Part shown: positions 1 to 8,713 of the stretch, piece by piece | Layout of the letters: each line of letters opens with the position of its first letter | Numbering within the stretch: the stretch's first letter is position 1 | DNA from: Sulfuriferula thiophila | GTDB lineage: Bacteria; Pseudomonadota; Gammaproteobacteria; Burkholderiales; Sulfuriferulaceae | DNA length: 32,000 nt | Assembly (NCBI RefSeq): GCF_003864975.1 | Contig: NZ_BHGL01000028.1 | Location: forward strand, 6,211 to 38,210 | Direction: 5' to 3' | Translations under genes and position numbers: made by a program | Notes under the pieces: generated by a model | What the model was told of the DNA's origin: nothing | Seen by the model: only the letters and a program-made list of their open reading frames with translations | The model's database searches: none

Positions 1-908
1 CCATCCAGCGATTTCACATGCAAGGGTTGCGTTGCTACACTGCTGATTTGCATCACTGCCAGTGCATCCCAGCCGCCATCAGGGGCAGGTTGGGCATTCA
101 CTACCATACCCATGGCCTGACCTTCCATATCCGGGCTGTAAATCTCGTCGCCGGCAGCCATTGCCACCTCAGCGTGCACCAGATACATGCGCCGTTTCAA
201 TTTACCCAGATATTGGGTACGCGCAACAATTTCCTGCCCGGTGTAACAGCCCTTCTGGAAATTTACGCTATTGGTCAAATCGAAATTTACCATTTGCGGT
301 ACAAACTGTTCCTGTGTCGCAGCCACGATAGTTGGTACACCGGCACGTATTTCCAGCCATTGCCACTGATCCATGTCGATAGCAGTGGCTTGTTGTGCGA
401 TCTGCGCTAATACACCGTCTCTGTCTGCAGCCGGCACCGTAAGCTGGTAACGCTCGCTCGCCAGACGAATCACACTGACAGCACCCGCCTCGGCCGTTTT
501 CATATCCGCATCGATTTCACAGCCAGTCAGCGCTTTAACCACCGCGGCGGCGCCATGACCGGCGATACCCAGGCGCAGCCATTCCTCACGCGCATCACGT
601 GCTTTCACTTTGGACCGCAAAATATACATGGACAGTCGTTTTTGCAATGCGGGCTGCAACTCGGCTGCCAGTTGCAGATACGTACTCTCTCCCTGTTGCC
701 ACAACAGGAAGCTGCCAAGCAAACGCCCCTTGGGTGAACAGAATCCGCTGTATTGAGCCTGATGCTGGGCCAGTTGACGCGCATCATTTGTCAGCTGCCC
801 CTGCAAAAATGTCGTGGTATCGTCACCCTCAAAGGCAATTAAACCAGACTGGGAAAGATCAGCATAAACCGCCTGCGTCGCGAGTATTTCGGTTAAAGAG
901 TGTGCCAT
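1..908 (-). CDS. ygfZ: Folate-binding tRNA-modification protein YgfZ (GcvT-like); the C-terminal end runs off the window start
   Basis: Absent from the ORF track because there is no in-window stop. Hand translation of the minus strand from the ATG (complement of 906-908) gives MAHSLTEILATQAVYADLSQSGLIAFEGDDTTTFLQGQLTND... and later ...NFQKGCYTGQEIVARTQYLGKLKRRMY. This contains the K-G-C-Y-x-G-Q-E signature of the YgfZ family. No obvious SD upstream. Confidence 0.85.
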   Translation of the reverse strand, partial: MAHSLTEILATQAVYADLSQSGLIAFEGDDTTTFLQGQLTNDARQLAQHQAQYSGFCSPKGRLLGSFLLWQQGESTYLQLAAELQPALQKRLSMYILRSKVKARDAREEWLRLGIAGHGAAAVVKALTGCEIDADMKTAEAGAVSVIRLASERYQLTVPAADRDGVLAQIAQQATAIDMDQWQWLEIRAGVPTIVAATQEQFVPQMVNFDLTNSVNFQKGCYTGQEIVARTQYLGKLKRRMYLVHAEVAMAAGDEIYSPDMEGQAMGMVVNAQPAPDGGWDALAVMQISSVATQPLHVKSLD

Positions 909-987
909 TTGGATTATTCACAGAATAGGATAGATAGGAAGTGGTTTTATTCTACCTAAAAATCACTTCATAAAAAATGCAGGCAAC

Positions 988-1017
988 AAAAAAGCCGACC
1001 ATCAGGTCGGCTTTTTC
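988..1017 (-). terminator. Rho-independent terminator downstream of the Ala-rich lipoprotein gene
   Basis: AAAGCCGACC (991-1000), loop ATCA, GGTCGGCTTT (1005-1014). On the minus strand the stem is followed by a T-run (complement of the A-run at 985-993). It sits 20-45 nt after the stop at 1036. Confidence 0.75.
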
Positions 1018-1035
1018 ATAAACAAGAATAAATTC

Positions 1036-1305
1036 TTATTTAGCGGCAGCGTCAGCAGCAGCAGCTGGAGCAGCGGCTTCAGCAGCGGCTGGAGCAGCAG
1101 CAGCAGCAGCGTCAGCAGCAGCGGCTGGAGCAGCAGCAGCAGCAGCGGCTGGAGCAGCAGCAGCAGCGTCAGCAGCAGCAGCAGGAGCAGCGGCTTCAGC
1201 AGCAGCAGGAGCAGCGTCAGCAGCAGGAGCTGCAGCTTCATCTTTTTTACCACAAGCGGTCAGGGTTAAAGCCATCAGAGCAGCGATCAGCAAGGAACGG
1301 GTCAT
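1036..1305 (-). CDS. Small secreted lipoprotein with an extreme Ala/Pro/Asp-Glu low-complexity mature region
   Basis: The ORF 1036..1392 is trimmed to the internal ATG at 1305, which has GGAG about 11 nt upstream. The N-terminus MTRSLLIAALMALTLTAC is a signal peptide with the lipobox L-T-A-C. The remainder is GKKDE followed by A/P/D/E repeats and ends in K. Confidence 0.7.
   Translation of the reverse strand: MTRSLLIAALMALTLTACGKKDEAAAPAADAAPAAAEAAAPAAAADAAAAAPAAAAAAAPAAAADAAAAAAPAAAEAAAPAAAADAAAK
1041..1240. repeat. In-frame GCN trinucleotide-repeat tract with higher-order 24/36-nt units
   Basis: Near-continuous GCA/GCG/GCT/GGA triplets. The decamer GCGGCTGGAG recurs at 1085, 1121 and 1145 (spacings 36 and 24 nt), each followed by (CAG)n. 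All three minus-strand frames are open here, giving poly-Ala, poly-Leu and related reads. Confidence 0.85.
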
Positions 1306-1481
1306 TATATAAATCTCCAAAATTTTAAAATTACAAAAAATCCAACTTGCACACGCTATGAACGGAAGCGCAAGCGTGGACAAACGAAACATCTTTTCGT
1401 TCGTAGGAAAATTATACGCAATATTTTTTATTTGTGTGCGCCTGTTATTAATTTTTTTCGCATATTAGCAACACCACAGCG

Positions 1482-1490
1482 TGATAAAAT
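1482..1490 (+). promoter_or_regulatory. Candidate extended -10 promoter for glyA
   Basis: TGATAAAAT matches the form TGnTAAAAT and lies about 53 nt upstream of the glyA ATG. No good -35 is present, which is acceptable for extended -10 promoters. Sequence-only call. Confidence 0.3.
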
Positions 1491-1542
1491 ATGAAATTCA
1501 CCTTATTTAACACTTTGACACATCACCCTGAGGATATTTGCC

Positions 1543-2790
1543 ATGTTTAATCTCCAAGACACCATCGCCATTACCGATCCGGACTTATGGAAAGCAATGG
1601 AAGATGAGCGCGGTCGCCAGGAAGACCACATAGAGCTGATTGCTTCCGAAAATTACACCAGCCCGGCGGTAATGGAAGCACAAGGCTCCGTGTTGACCAA
1701 CAAATATGCCGAAGGCTACCCAGGCAAGCGTTACTACGGCGGCTGTGAGTTTGTCGACGTCGCAGAACAATTAGCTATTGATCGCGTTAAACAGTTATTT
1801 GGTGCCGAATACGCCAACGTGCAGCCGCATTCCGGTTCACAAGCCAACGCGGCGGTTTACTTATCTGTGCTCAAACCCGGTGACACTATACTTGGCATGT
1901 CACTGGCTCATGGCGGTCACTTGACCCACGGCGCTTCAGTGAACTTCTCCGGCAAGTTATTTAATGCAGTGACCTATGGCCTGCATCCTGAAACCGAAGA
2001 GATTGACTATGCCGAAGTCGAGCGCCTGGCGCTGGAGCACAAGCCTAAAATGATCGTTGCCGGTGCATCTGCCTATTCCCTGGTTATCGACTGGCAACGT
2101 TTTCGCAAAATTGCAGACAGCGTAGGGGCTTACCTGTTCGTCGACATGGCGCATTATGCCGGTCTGGTCGCGGCAGGTATCTATCCTAACCCGGTCGGTA
2201 TTGCTGATTTCGTCACCTCCACGACCCACAAGACATTACGCGGCCCACGTGGCGGCCTGATTATGGCTCGCGCCGAGTTTGAAAAGCAGCTGAACTCCAG
2301 CATTTTCCCGGGCACCCAGGGCGGCCCGTTGATGCACGTTATCGCGGCCAAAGCGATTGCCTTCAAGGAGGCCATGAGCGACGACTTCAAAACCTACCAG
2401 ACACAAGTGATTGCCAATGCCCGCATCATGGCAACCACACTACAAGCCCGTGGCTTGCGTATTGTGTCCGGCCGCACTGATTCACATTTATTCCTGCTGG
2501 ACCTGTGTGCTAAAAACATTACCGGAAAAGATGCTGAAGCAGCACTGGGACGCGCGCACATTACCGTTAACAAAAATGCGATTCCTAATGACCCGCAAAA
2601 GCCTTTTGTCACTTCAGGCATCCGTATCGGCACCCCGGCCATGACCACCCGCGGCTTTGGCGCTAAAGAAGCTGAGCAGCTTGCCCACCTGATTGCAGAC
2701 GTATTGGACGCACCAGCAGACGATGCCGTCATTGCCCGCGTAGCCACAGCCGCACAGGCTTTGTGCAAGCAATACCCTGTCTACGGCTAA
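1543..2790 (+). CDS. glyA: Serine hydroxymethyltransferase
   Basis: 415 aa. Family hallmarks are present: [23 protein letters not shown] and the PLP-lysine block [21 protein letters not shown] lies 8 nt upstream. Confidence 0.98.
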   Translation: MFNLQDTIAITDPDLWKAMEDERGRQEDHIELIASENYTSPAVMEAQGSVLTNKYAEGYPGKRYYGGCEFVDVAEQLAIDRVKQLFGAEYANVQPHSGSQANAAVYLSVLKPGDTILGMSLAHGGHLTHGASVNFSGKLFNAVTYGLHPETEEIDYAEVERLALEHKPKMIVAGASAYSLVIDWQRFRKIADSVGAYLFVDMAHYAGLVAAGIYPNPVGIADFVTSTTHKTLRGPRGGLIMARAEFEKQLNSSIFPGTQGGPLMHVIAAKAIAFKEAMSDDFKTYQTQVIANARIMATTLQARGLRIVSGRTDSHLFLLDLCAKNITGKDAEAALGRAHITVNKNAIPNDPQKPFVTSGIRIGTPAMTTRGFGAKEAEQLAHLIADVLDAPADDAVIARVATAAQALCKQYPVYG

Positions 2791-2796
2791 ACGCAG

Positions 2797-3246
2797 ATGA
2801 AATGTCCATTCTGCGGTTCTTTCGACACACACGTTGCGGATTCGCGGGTGTCGGAAGCCGGCGACTCGGTACGACGCCGGCGGCGTTGCGGTGCCTGTGA
2901 TAAACGTTTCACCACCTACGAAACAGTGGAGTTACGCTTGCCACAAGTCGTTAAAACCAACGGTAGCCGCGAGGAGTTCTCGCCCGCCAAGCTGCGCGAA
3001 GGGTTTCGCCGCGCGCTGCATAAGCGGCCAGTCCCTACCGAATATGTCGACCAGGAAATTGAATTGATCGTTAAACACGTGCTGTCACTGGGCGAACGTG
3101 AAATACCGGCACGCCAGATCGGAGAAATGGTCATGCAGGCGCTGAAACGACTCGATAAGATTGCCTACATCCGTTTTGCCTCCGTATATAAGAGCTTTCA
3201 GGATGTCGATGATTTCCGCGACGTATTAAAAGATCTGGACAAGTAG
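2797..3246 (+). CDS. nrdR: Transcriptional repressor NrdR (zinc ribbon plus ATP-cone)
   Basis: 149 aa. MKCPFCGS...[17 protein letters not shown] is the CxxC...CxxC ribbon, followed by an ATP-cone-like C-terminal part. It starts 6 nt after the glyA stop. Confidence 0.97.
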   Translation: MKCPFCGSFDTHVADSRVSEAGDSVRRRRRCGACDKRFTTYETVELRLPQVVKTNGSREEFSPAKLREGFRRALHKRPVPTEYVDQEIELIVKHVLSLGEREIPARQIGEMVMQALKRLDKIAYIRFASVYKSFQDVDDFRDVLKDLDK

Positions 3247-3248
3247 GC

Positions 3249-4358
3249 ATGTGGACAGCCGATGATTACTCCTACATGGCGCAGGCGTTACGCCTGGCTG
3301 AACGCGGTTTGTATACCACTTCTCCCAATCCGCGGGTAGGTTGCGTCATCGTCAAGGATCATGTCATCGTTGGTGAAGGCTGGCATCAGCGGGCAGGTGA
3401 GCCTCATGCCGAAGTGCTGGCATTACGTCAGGCCGGCACATCCGCCCGTGGCGCTACGGCTTATGTCACATTGGAGCCATGCAGCCACTTTGGCCGCACC
3501 CCGCCGTGCGCCGATGCGCTGGTAGCTGCAGGCGTTGCCCGGGTGGTTGCCGCCATGCAGGACCCCAATCCGCAAGTTGCGGGCAGCGGACTGGCCCGCC
3601 TTGCTGCAGCAGGCATAACCACCAGCAGCGGCTTACTGGCAGCACAAGCGCAACAACTTAATATCGGCTTCATCCAGCGCATGACCCGCGCACGCCCCTG
3701 GCTGCGCATCAAAACCGCCTCATCACTGGATGGTAAAACCGCGCTCGCCAACGGCGACAGCAAATGGATTACTGCTGCCGCCGCGCGCCTCGATGTGCAT
3801 CGTCTGCGTGCACGCTCCTGCGCTATTCTGACCGGGATCGGCACTGTATTGGCAGACAACCCGCAGCTCAACGTACGCGACATCGAGACGACGCGCCAAC
3901 CCCTGCGAATTATCGTCGACTCGCACTTGCGTACGCCGACAGATGCCAGAATACTGCAGGACAAAGGCGCAATAATTGCTTATACTCAAGCCGACGCTTC
4001 TGCGCGGGAGGGCCTGATCCAAGCAGGTGCAGAGCTGATACAAGTGGATGATTTACAGGGCAAGGTTGATTTATCGGCACTGATGGCTATATTGGCACAG
4101 CGTGGCATTAACGAGATCATGACCGAGGCAGGCGCGCATTTGAATGCTGGCTTGATCATGGCGGGTCTGGTCGACGAGTGGGTGATGTACCTCGCCCCGA
4201 CTTTACTCGGCGATACGGCGCGCGGCTTATTCACGCTACCCGAACCCGCCGGGATGAGCAGTCGTCGCGAATTAAGCATTCACGATGTACGCCAGATCGG
4301 CTTGGATTTACGCATTACGGCACACTTTGAACACACGACACAACAATCAATCCACTAG
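3249..4358 (+). CDS. ribD: Bifunctional riboflavin biosynthesis protein RibD (pyrimidine deaminase / uracil reductase)
   Basis: 369 aa. Deaminase zinc motifs HAEVLAL and PCSHFGRTPPC are present, with a reductase-like C-terminal half. It starts 2 nt after the nrdR stop. Confidence 0.96.
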   Translation: MWTADDYSYMAQALRLAERGLYTTSPNPRVGCVIVKDHVIVGEGWHQRAGEPHAEVLALRQAGTSARGATAYVTLEPCSHFGRTPPCADALVAAGVARVVAAMQDPNPQVAGSGLARLAAAGITTSSGLLAAQAQQLNIGFIQRMTRARPWLRIKTASSLDGKTALANGDSKWITAAAARLDVHRLRARSCAILTGIGTVLADNPQLNVRDIETTRQPLRIIVDSHLRTPTDARILQDKGAIIAYTQADASAREGLIQAGAELIQVDDLQGKVDLSALMAILAQRGINEIMTEAGAHLNAGLIMAGLVDEWVMYLAPTLLGDTARGLFTLPEPAGMSSRRELSIHDVRQIGLDLRITAHFEHTTQQSIH

Positions 4359-4366
4359 GGGAAATC

Positions 4367-5368
4367 ATGCTTTGGTTAGAATTATTCGGCTTTTTAATTG
4401 TTATTCTGGTCGCAGCGGAAGTATTCGTTAACGCGCTGGAACATCTGGGCGAAAAGCTCAAAATTTCAGAAGGCGTAACAGGCTCATTATTCGCGGCTGT
4501 TGGCACTGCGCTACCGGAAACCATGGTGCCGTTACTGGCGATTTTTGCCGGTACTACGGATGCCGCTGTTAACCAGGAAATCGGCGTCGGTGCGATCCTG
4601 GGAGCCCCATTGATGTTGTCCACGCTGTCACTGTCACTACTGAGCTTTGCTGTGCTGAAAAAACGCGGTGTACAAGGCCATTACAACCCCGAGCGCACCG
4701 GCCTGACCCGTGACATGAATTTCTTTCTGGTTGCCTTCGGCCTGGCCTGCACTGCCATGTTCATACCGCACGACAATACCACCATGCGTGCCGTTTTTTC
4801 TTTTGGCATGGTGTTCATTTACTTCATCTATGTGCTGATGACCATACGCGCCTCTGCCAACCTAGTGAATGATGGCCACGCCACCGAGGCTGAAGGCGCG
4901 ATGTTCCTGAATAAAGTAGGCATCCCTACCAACATGGCCACCATAATTCTGCAGCTTGTGTTAGGTCTAGGGTTATTGGTGGCCGGCGCAGAGGGTTTCA
5001 TCCATGGCATCCAGCAGGCAGCGCCGATACTCGGCATTTCCGCACTGCTGTTATCACTGATGATCGTCCCGATCGCCACCGAACTACCGGAAAAAGTGAA
5101 CAGCATACTGTGGATACGCCGCCATAAGGACACGCTGGCATTTGGCAACATCACTGGCGCCATGGTATTTCAGGGCACGCTGCTGCCAGCAATCGGTATC
5201 AGCCTGACCCCGTGGACACCGCAGCCAGCGGTGTTCATGGGGATCGTCGTCACGCTCATTGCCGCTGCCTGGTTACGCCTGATGCTCGCACGTGGGCAAT
5301 TACGTGTGTGGCATTTATGGGTAAATGGCGCGTTATATGTCGCATATCTGGCAGCCATGCTGTTATAA
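4367..5368 (+). CDS. Ca2+/cation antiporter (CaCA, YrbG-like sodium/calcium exchanger family) membrane protein
   Basis: 333 aa and polytopic. Two alpha-repeat-like segments are present: GVTGSLFAAVGTALPE near the N-terminus and IVPIATELPEKVNS in the second half. GGGGA SD; starts 8 nt after the ribD stop. Confidence 0.8.
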   Translation: MLWLELFGFLIVILVAAEVFVNALEHLGEKLKISEGVTGSLFAAVGTALPETMVPLLAIFAGTTDAAVNQEIGVGAILGAPLMLSTLSLSLLSFAVLKKRGVQGHYNPERTGLTRDMNFFLVAFGLACTAMFIPHDNTTMRAVFSFGMVFIYFIYVLMTIRASANLVNDGHATEAEGAMFLNKVGIPTNMATIILQLVLGLGLLVAGAEGFIHGIQQAAPILGISALLLSLMIVPIATELPEKVNSILWIRRHKDTLAFGNITGAMVFQGTLLPAIGISLTPWTPQPAVFMGIVVTLIAAAWLRLMLARGQLRVWHLWVNGALYVAYLAAMLL

Positions 5369-5406
5369 AAACCTAAGGATGCCAAGCGTACTTCGCTTGG
5401 CATCCT
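5365..5406 (-). terminator. Rho-independent terminator after the pilR-like gene; may also stop the convergent CaCA transcript
   Basis: Perfect 13-bp stem: AGGATGCCAAGCG (5376-5388), loop TACTT, CGCTTGGCATCCT (5394-5406). On the minus strand it is followed by TAGGTTTTTAT. There is no T-run on the plus side. Confidence 0.6.
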
Positions 5407-5420
5407 GACTCAGCAAATCC

Positions 5421-6770
5421 CTAATCCATCCCCAGACGTTCCAAACGATAACGCAACGCACGAAAAGTAACACCCAGCAATTTGGCGGCTGCCGTTTTGT
5501 TGTAACGCGTTTTCTCCAATGCGGCCTGTATCGCCTCCCGCTCCAGCCTGTCCAGATAATCCTGTAGCGGCCATTGCATGCCCGGCTGGGCAATCTCACC
5601 TGCGTTTTCCTCTACCGCAGGCGTCAGGTGCAGGTCATCCACGTCGATTTGTACGCTGCTTGCCAAGGCTAATGCGCGCTCCAGAATATTCTCCAACTCA
5701 CGCACATTACCGGGGAAATCATATTGCGACAACGCCGTCGCAGCAGCCTTGGTCAGACTAGGGGAACCCATGCCGGCCTCACTCGCCAATCTTGCCAGCA
5801 ACGTTTGTGCAATCAACGGAATATCTTCACGCATCTCCCGCAATGCAGGCATTTTCAGGGTAATGACATTCAACCGATAAAACAGATCCTGGCGAAAACG
5901 CCCTTCCTCGACACATCGCGCCAAATGCTGATGGGTTGCGCTGATGATGCGCACATCAACGGGTTCTTCAACATTACTGCCCAGACGGCGCACTTTCTTT
6001 TCCTGTATCACCCGCAACAGCTTCACCTGCATGGCCAACGGCAGGTCAGCCACTTCATCCAGAAACAGCATGCCACCATTCGCAGCCTGAAAAAAACCAT
6101 CACGCTCATTATCTGCGCCGGTAAAAGCGCCTTTTTTATAACCAAAAAATTCCGATTCCATCAGGTTCTCGGGAATAGCGCCACAGTTAACCGGCACAAA
6201 AGCCATCGCCGCACGATTACTCTGCTGATGTATCAGCCGTGCCGCCAGCTCTTTGCCGCTACCCGATTCACCAGTGATATAGACCGGTGCCTGGGTACGG
6301 GAAAGTTTGGCAATCAATTCGCGTGCCTGCTGCATTGCGGCCGAATCACCCACCAAATTACGCCCGCCGGAATTTACCCGCTCAGGTAATTTCAATGCAG
6401 ACTTAACCAAAGCCCGCAATTGCTCCAGAGTCACCGGTTTATTAATATAATCAAACGCTCCCGCCTTGAGCGCGGTCACTGCATTATCGGTATTGCCATG
6501 AGCCGTAATTACCGCAACAGGGATAGTCGGTCGCTCTGCCTGTATGTAACGTACTATTTCCAGCCCATCGCCGTCCGGCAAACGCATATCGGTCAGGCAC
6601 AGATTAAATTCGCTCTGTTTCAAGCTCGCTATGGCGTCGGCCACACACGTCGCCTTCACCACATCCAGTCCCATACGCAACAGCGTGATCTCCAGCAATT
6701 CCAGAATATCCGCTTCGTCATCAACAATAAGTACGGTTGGGATCATTTCGCTAGCCTGACGCTTCAACAT
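5421..6770 (-). CDS. pilR: Sigma-54-dependent response regulator, PilR-like (REC, AAA+ and Fis-type HTH domains)
   Basis: The REC domain (VLIVDDEADILELLEITLLRMGL...CLTDMRLPDGDG) aligns closely, from memory, with P. aeruginosa PilR. Walker A GESGSGKE, the GAFTGA loop and a C-terminal HTH (YNKTAAAKLLGVTFRALRYRLERLG) are present. The track ORF begins at TTG 6785. I prefer ATG 6770, which has AGGAGG at 6775-6780. ATG 6746 is also possible. Confidence 0.9.
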   Translation of the reverse strand: MLKRQASEMIPTVLIVDDEADILELLEITLLRMGLDVVKATCVADAIASLKQSEFNLCLTDMRLPDGDGLEIVRYIQAERPTIPVAVITAHGNTDNAVTALKAGAFDYINKPVTLEQLRALVKSALKLPERVNSGGRNLVGDSAAMQQARELIAKLSRTQAPVYITGESGSGKELAARLIHQQSNRAAMAFVPVNCGAIPENLMESEFFGYKKGAFTGADNERDGFFQAANGGMLFLDEVADLPLAMQVKLLRVIQEKKVRRLGSNVEEPVDVRIISATHQHLARCVEEGRFRQDLFYRLNVITLKMPALREMREDIPLIAQTLLARLASEAGMGSPSLTKAAATALSQYDFPGNVRELENILERALALASSVQIDVDDLHLTPAVEENAGEIAQPGMQWPLQDYLDRLEREAIQAALEKTRYNKTAAAKLLGVTFRALRYRLERLGMD

Positions 6771-8383
6771 CCACCCTCCTGGCAAGTAATTCTGAAATGC
6801 CCGCCTTTACCCGTAGACACACAATCCAGATAGGCCGCATTGGCATGACACAATTCTTTTGAAATATACAAACCTAACCCGGTACCACTCGACTCTGTGG
6901 TAAAAAATGGCTCAAACAATCGCGCCATATCTTTTTCGGCAACACCGGCCCCATCATCCATAATATGAATTTCCATCATGGCATTATCATGCTGAATTGC
7001 AACTTTCACGCTCCCCACCCGCTGCTGGCTATGCCGTAATGCATTCAAGCATAAATTCGTCATGACCTGATGCAAATGCCCGCGGTCGAAACAAATAAAG
7101 GCATCCGCGAATAAATCCAGACGAAACACGGCCCGATCCAGCGTCTGCGCATAACAGAACTCATCAATAAACTCTGATAAAAAAACATCCAGAACGATAC
7201 GCTCAGTCACGGTGCGATCACGCCGGTTCAAGGACATAACGTCCGTTACCAGACGGTTAATACGTTGCGTATTCTGCGCAATAATTTCCAGCAAACGCTG
7301 ATGACCGCGATCTCCGTCGTTATCTTCCTGCAATATCTCAGCAGCATGGCTGATTGCAGCCAGCGGATTGCGAATTTCATGGGCAATATTGGCTGTTAAG
7401 CGCCCTAATGCTGCCAACTTAATTTGTTGCGCCTGCTCATTAATACGCGTCATGTCTTCCAGCACCAGCACCGCCCCCATGACACGTTTATCGGTAACCG
7501 CAATAAAACGCGGCAAAAATTGCTCACCGTGCAAACCTAAGGAAATCGGTGGAAATTCAGCCTGTGGGTTCTTGCGCCACAAATCAAGATAATCAGAGAG
7601 TAACGGCACAGCACGCTGCAATTTGGTGCCGGCACCGGCATAAGCCAAACCAACACGACTCAGCAAACGCTTCGCCTGCTGATTTGCCTGGCGAATTTTG
7701 CCATCCCCATCCAGCACAACTACACCATCCTGCATATCATCAATCACCAGCTGATTGATCTGCGCCATATTTTCCAGATCTACGGCGCGTGCAGCAGCTA
7801 AAGCCTCGCTGAGACGATTGCGCTTGGCGAGAATATGCGCAACACCGGCTGTAGCAAAAAAGACTATTCCCAACAACCCGGCCTGGCCATAATCACTGAC
7901 AGCATGGTGATGATCCAGTACCCCCAGCGTCTGCACGATCAGCACCCCGGAAGCCGCCAGAGCAGCATGGAACATCACCATACGCCCCTGCGCCACCAGA
8001 CCACTGGAGGCCAGCGATACAATCAGCAGCAAGCCCAAGCCACTGCTTACCCCGCCGCTGGCTGCCATCATCAGCACGACAATGACAATATCGCCTATCA
8101 CCTGCACACCGAGTTGCACTTCAAATCGCGGTTGGCGCAAGCTGATAGTAACCACCGCAACCGCTGCAAAGCCCATATAAATAAGGCTATACAGATAGAA
8201 AATGACGGGGCTTTCCTGTCCGAATATCTGCTGTTCGGGTATAGACAGGCTCAGCAGCAGAAACAGGCTGGCAACAACCAGCCGATACAAATTCAGATAA
8301 TGCAGTGATTTCCAGCTACGCTCTGCACGGCCGCTCGCCAGTCGCGCTGCAGCCTTTACCCCCGCATCCGTCGCTATTGCCAC
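6764..8383 (-). CDS. pilS: Sensor histidine kinase, PilS-like (polytopic N-terminal domain, PAS, HisKA, HATPase)
   Basis: 539 aa. The N-terminal ~190 aa look multi-spanning, and LHYLNLYRLVVASLFLL resembles the PilS N-terminus. H-box AHEIRNPLAAISHAAEIL and the N/G boxes LCLNALRH, DDGAGV and GTGLGL are present. It uses a GTG start 2 nt after the upstream stop, and its stop overlaps the regulator start (ATGTTGA). Confidence 0.88.
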   Translation of the reverse strand: MAIATDAGVKAAARLASGRAERSWKSLHYLNLYRLVVASLFLLLSLSIPEQQIFGQESPVIFYLYSLIYMGFAAVAVVTISLRQPRFEVQLGVQVIGDIVIVVLMMAASGGVSSGLGLLLIVSLASSGLVAQGRMVMFHAALAASGVLIVQTLGVLDHHHAVSDYGQAGLLGIVFFATAGVAHILAKRNRLSEALAAARAVDLENMAQINQLVIDDMQDGVVVLDGDGKIRQANQQAKRLLSRVGLAYAGAGTKLQRAVPLLSDYLDLWRKNPQAEFPPISLGLHGEQFLPRFIAVTDKRVMGAVLVLEDMTRINEQAQQIKLAALGRLTANIAHEIRNPLAAISHAAEILQEDNDGDRGHQRLLEIIAQNTQRINRLVTDVMSLNRRDRTVTERIVLDVFLSEFIDEFCYAQTLDRAVFRLDLFADAFICFDRGHLHQVMTNLCLNALRHSQQRVGSVKVAIQHDNAMMEIHIMDDGAGVAEKDMARLFEPFFTTESSGTGLGLYISKELCHANAAYLDCVSTGKGGHFRITCQEGGC

Positions 8384-8385
8384 TA

Positions 8386-8601
8386 TCAGCCCCGATGCTC
8401 GCTTTGGTGTGCGTTGCTACAGAACCATGCCGCCTCGGAGCCAATAGCCTCACTGCGCGGCAAATGCACGCCACAGTGTGCACAACGCACCATATCTTCA
8501 GCGGATTTAGGCTTGGCGGAGGAAGGCGACGATGGCCGCTTAGAGCGCAACCACAAGTAAACGCCGCCGCCAATTAACAGAAAAAACAGGATTTTAGACA
8601 T
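8386..8601 (-). CDS. Small single-pass membrane protein with a C-terminal CxxC...CxxxH zinc-ribbon-like motif (resembles the 'PP0621 family' as I recall it)
   Basis: 71 aa. N-terminal TM helix MSKILFFLLIGGGVYLWL, a Ser/Pro/Lys linker, then MVRCAHCGVHLPRSEAIGSEAAWFCSNAH. It lies tightly upstream of, and co-oriented with, the kinase gene. The family name is from memory and is not verified. Confidence 0.65.
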   Translation of the reverse strand: MSKILFFLLIGGGVYLWLRSKRPSSPSSAKPKSAEDMVRCAHCGVHLPRSEAIGSEAAWFCSNAHQSEHRG

Positions 8602-8713
8602 GAGAAATCAGCGCCAAAATGAACAAGTATGCGCTAATTATAGCCTGAAAGCAGGACTGGAATCGTGAGCAAAGCACGACTGGCTATAGTCCGGGACTGG
8701 CGACAAACTGCAC

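Noticed and set aside
18-410. 130-aa and 89-aa plus-strand ORFs at the window start
   Set aside because: The minus strand here encodes YgfZ, including the KGCYTGQE signature. The plus-strand ORFs are shadows.
1041-1240. The repeat tract as a possible CRISPR array or VNTR-type non-coding satellite
   Set aside because: There is no repeat-spacer architecture. The periodicity is strictly 3 nt and in frame with a signal-peptide-bearing ORF.
1002-1253. 83-aa poly-Leu ORF (minus strand) overlapping the lipoprotein gene
   Set aside because: It is an alternative reading frame of the GCN triplet repeat and has no SD. The frame with a signal peptide, lipobox and SD (1036-1305) is the credible one.
1393-1542. 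Possible ZTP (pfl) or THF riboswitch upstream of glyA
   Set aside because: The region is AT-rich. It lacks the GC-rich conserved cores I associate with the pfl motif (for example CCGCCUGG with a paired GGGUCG-type segment), and no plausible pseudoknot-forming segments are present.
3240-3255. FMN (RFN) riboswitch ahead of ribD
   Set aside because: Only 2 nt separate nrdR and ribD, so there is no room for an RNA element.
3461-3964. 167-aa ORF antisense to ribD
   Set aside because: It is a shadow ORF in a GC-rich gene with Arg/Ala/Ser-rich composition.
5724-6389. 221-aa ORF antisense to the pilR-like gene, and the 137-aa ORF at 6420-6833
   Set aside because: These are shadow ORFs within a well-supported AAA+ regulator gene. 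They are Arg/His/Gln-rich nonsense-like sequence.
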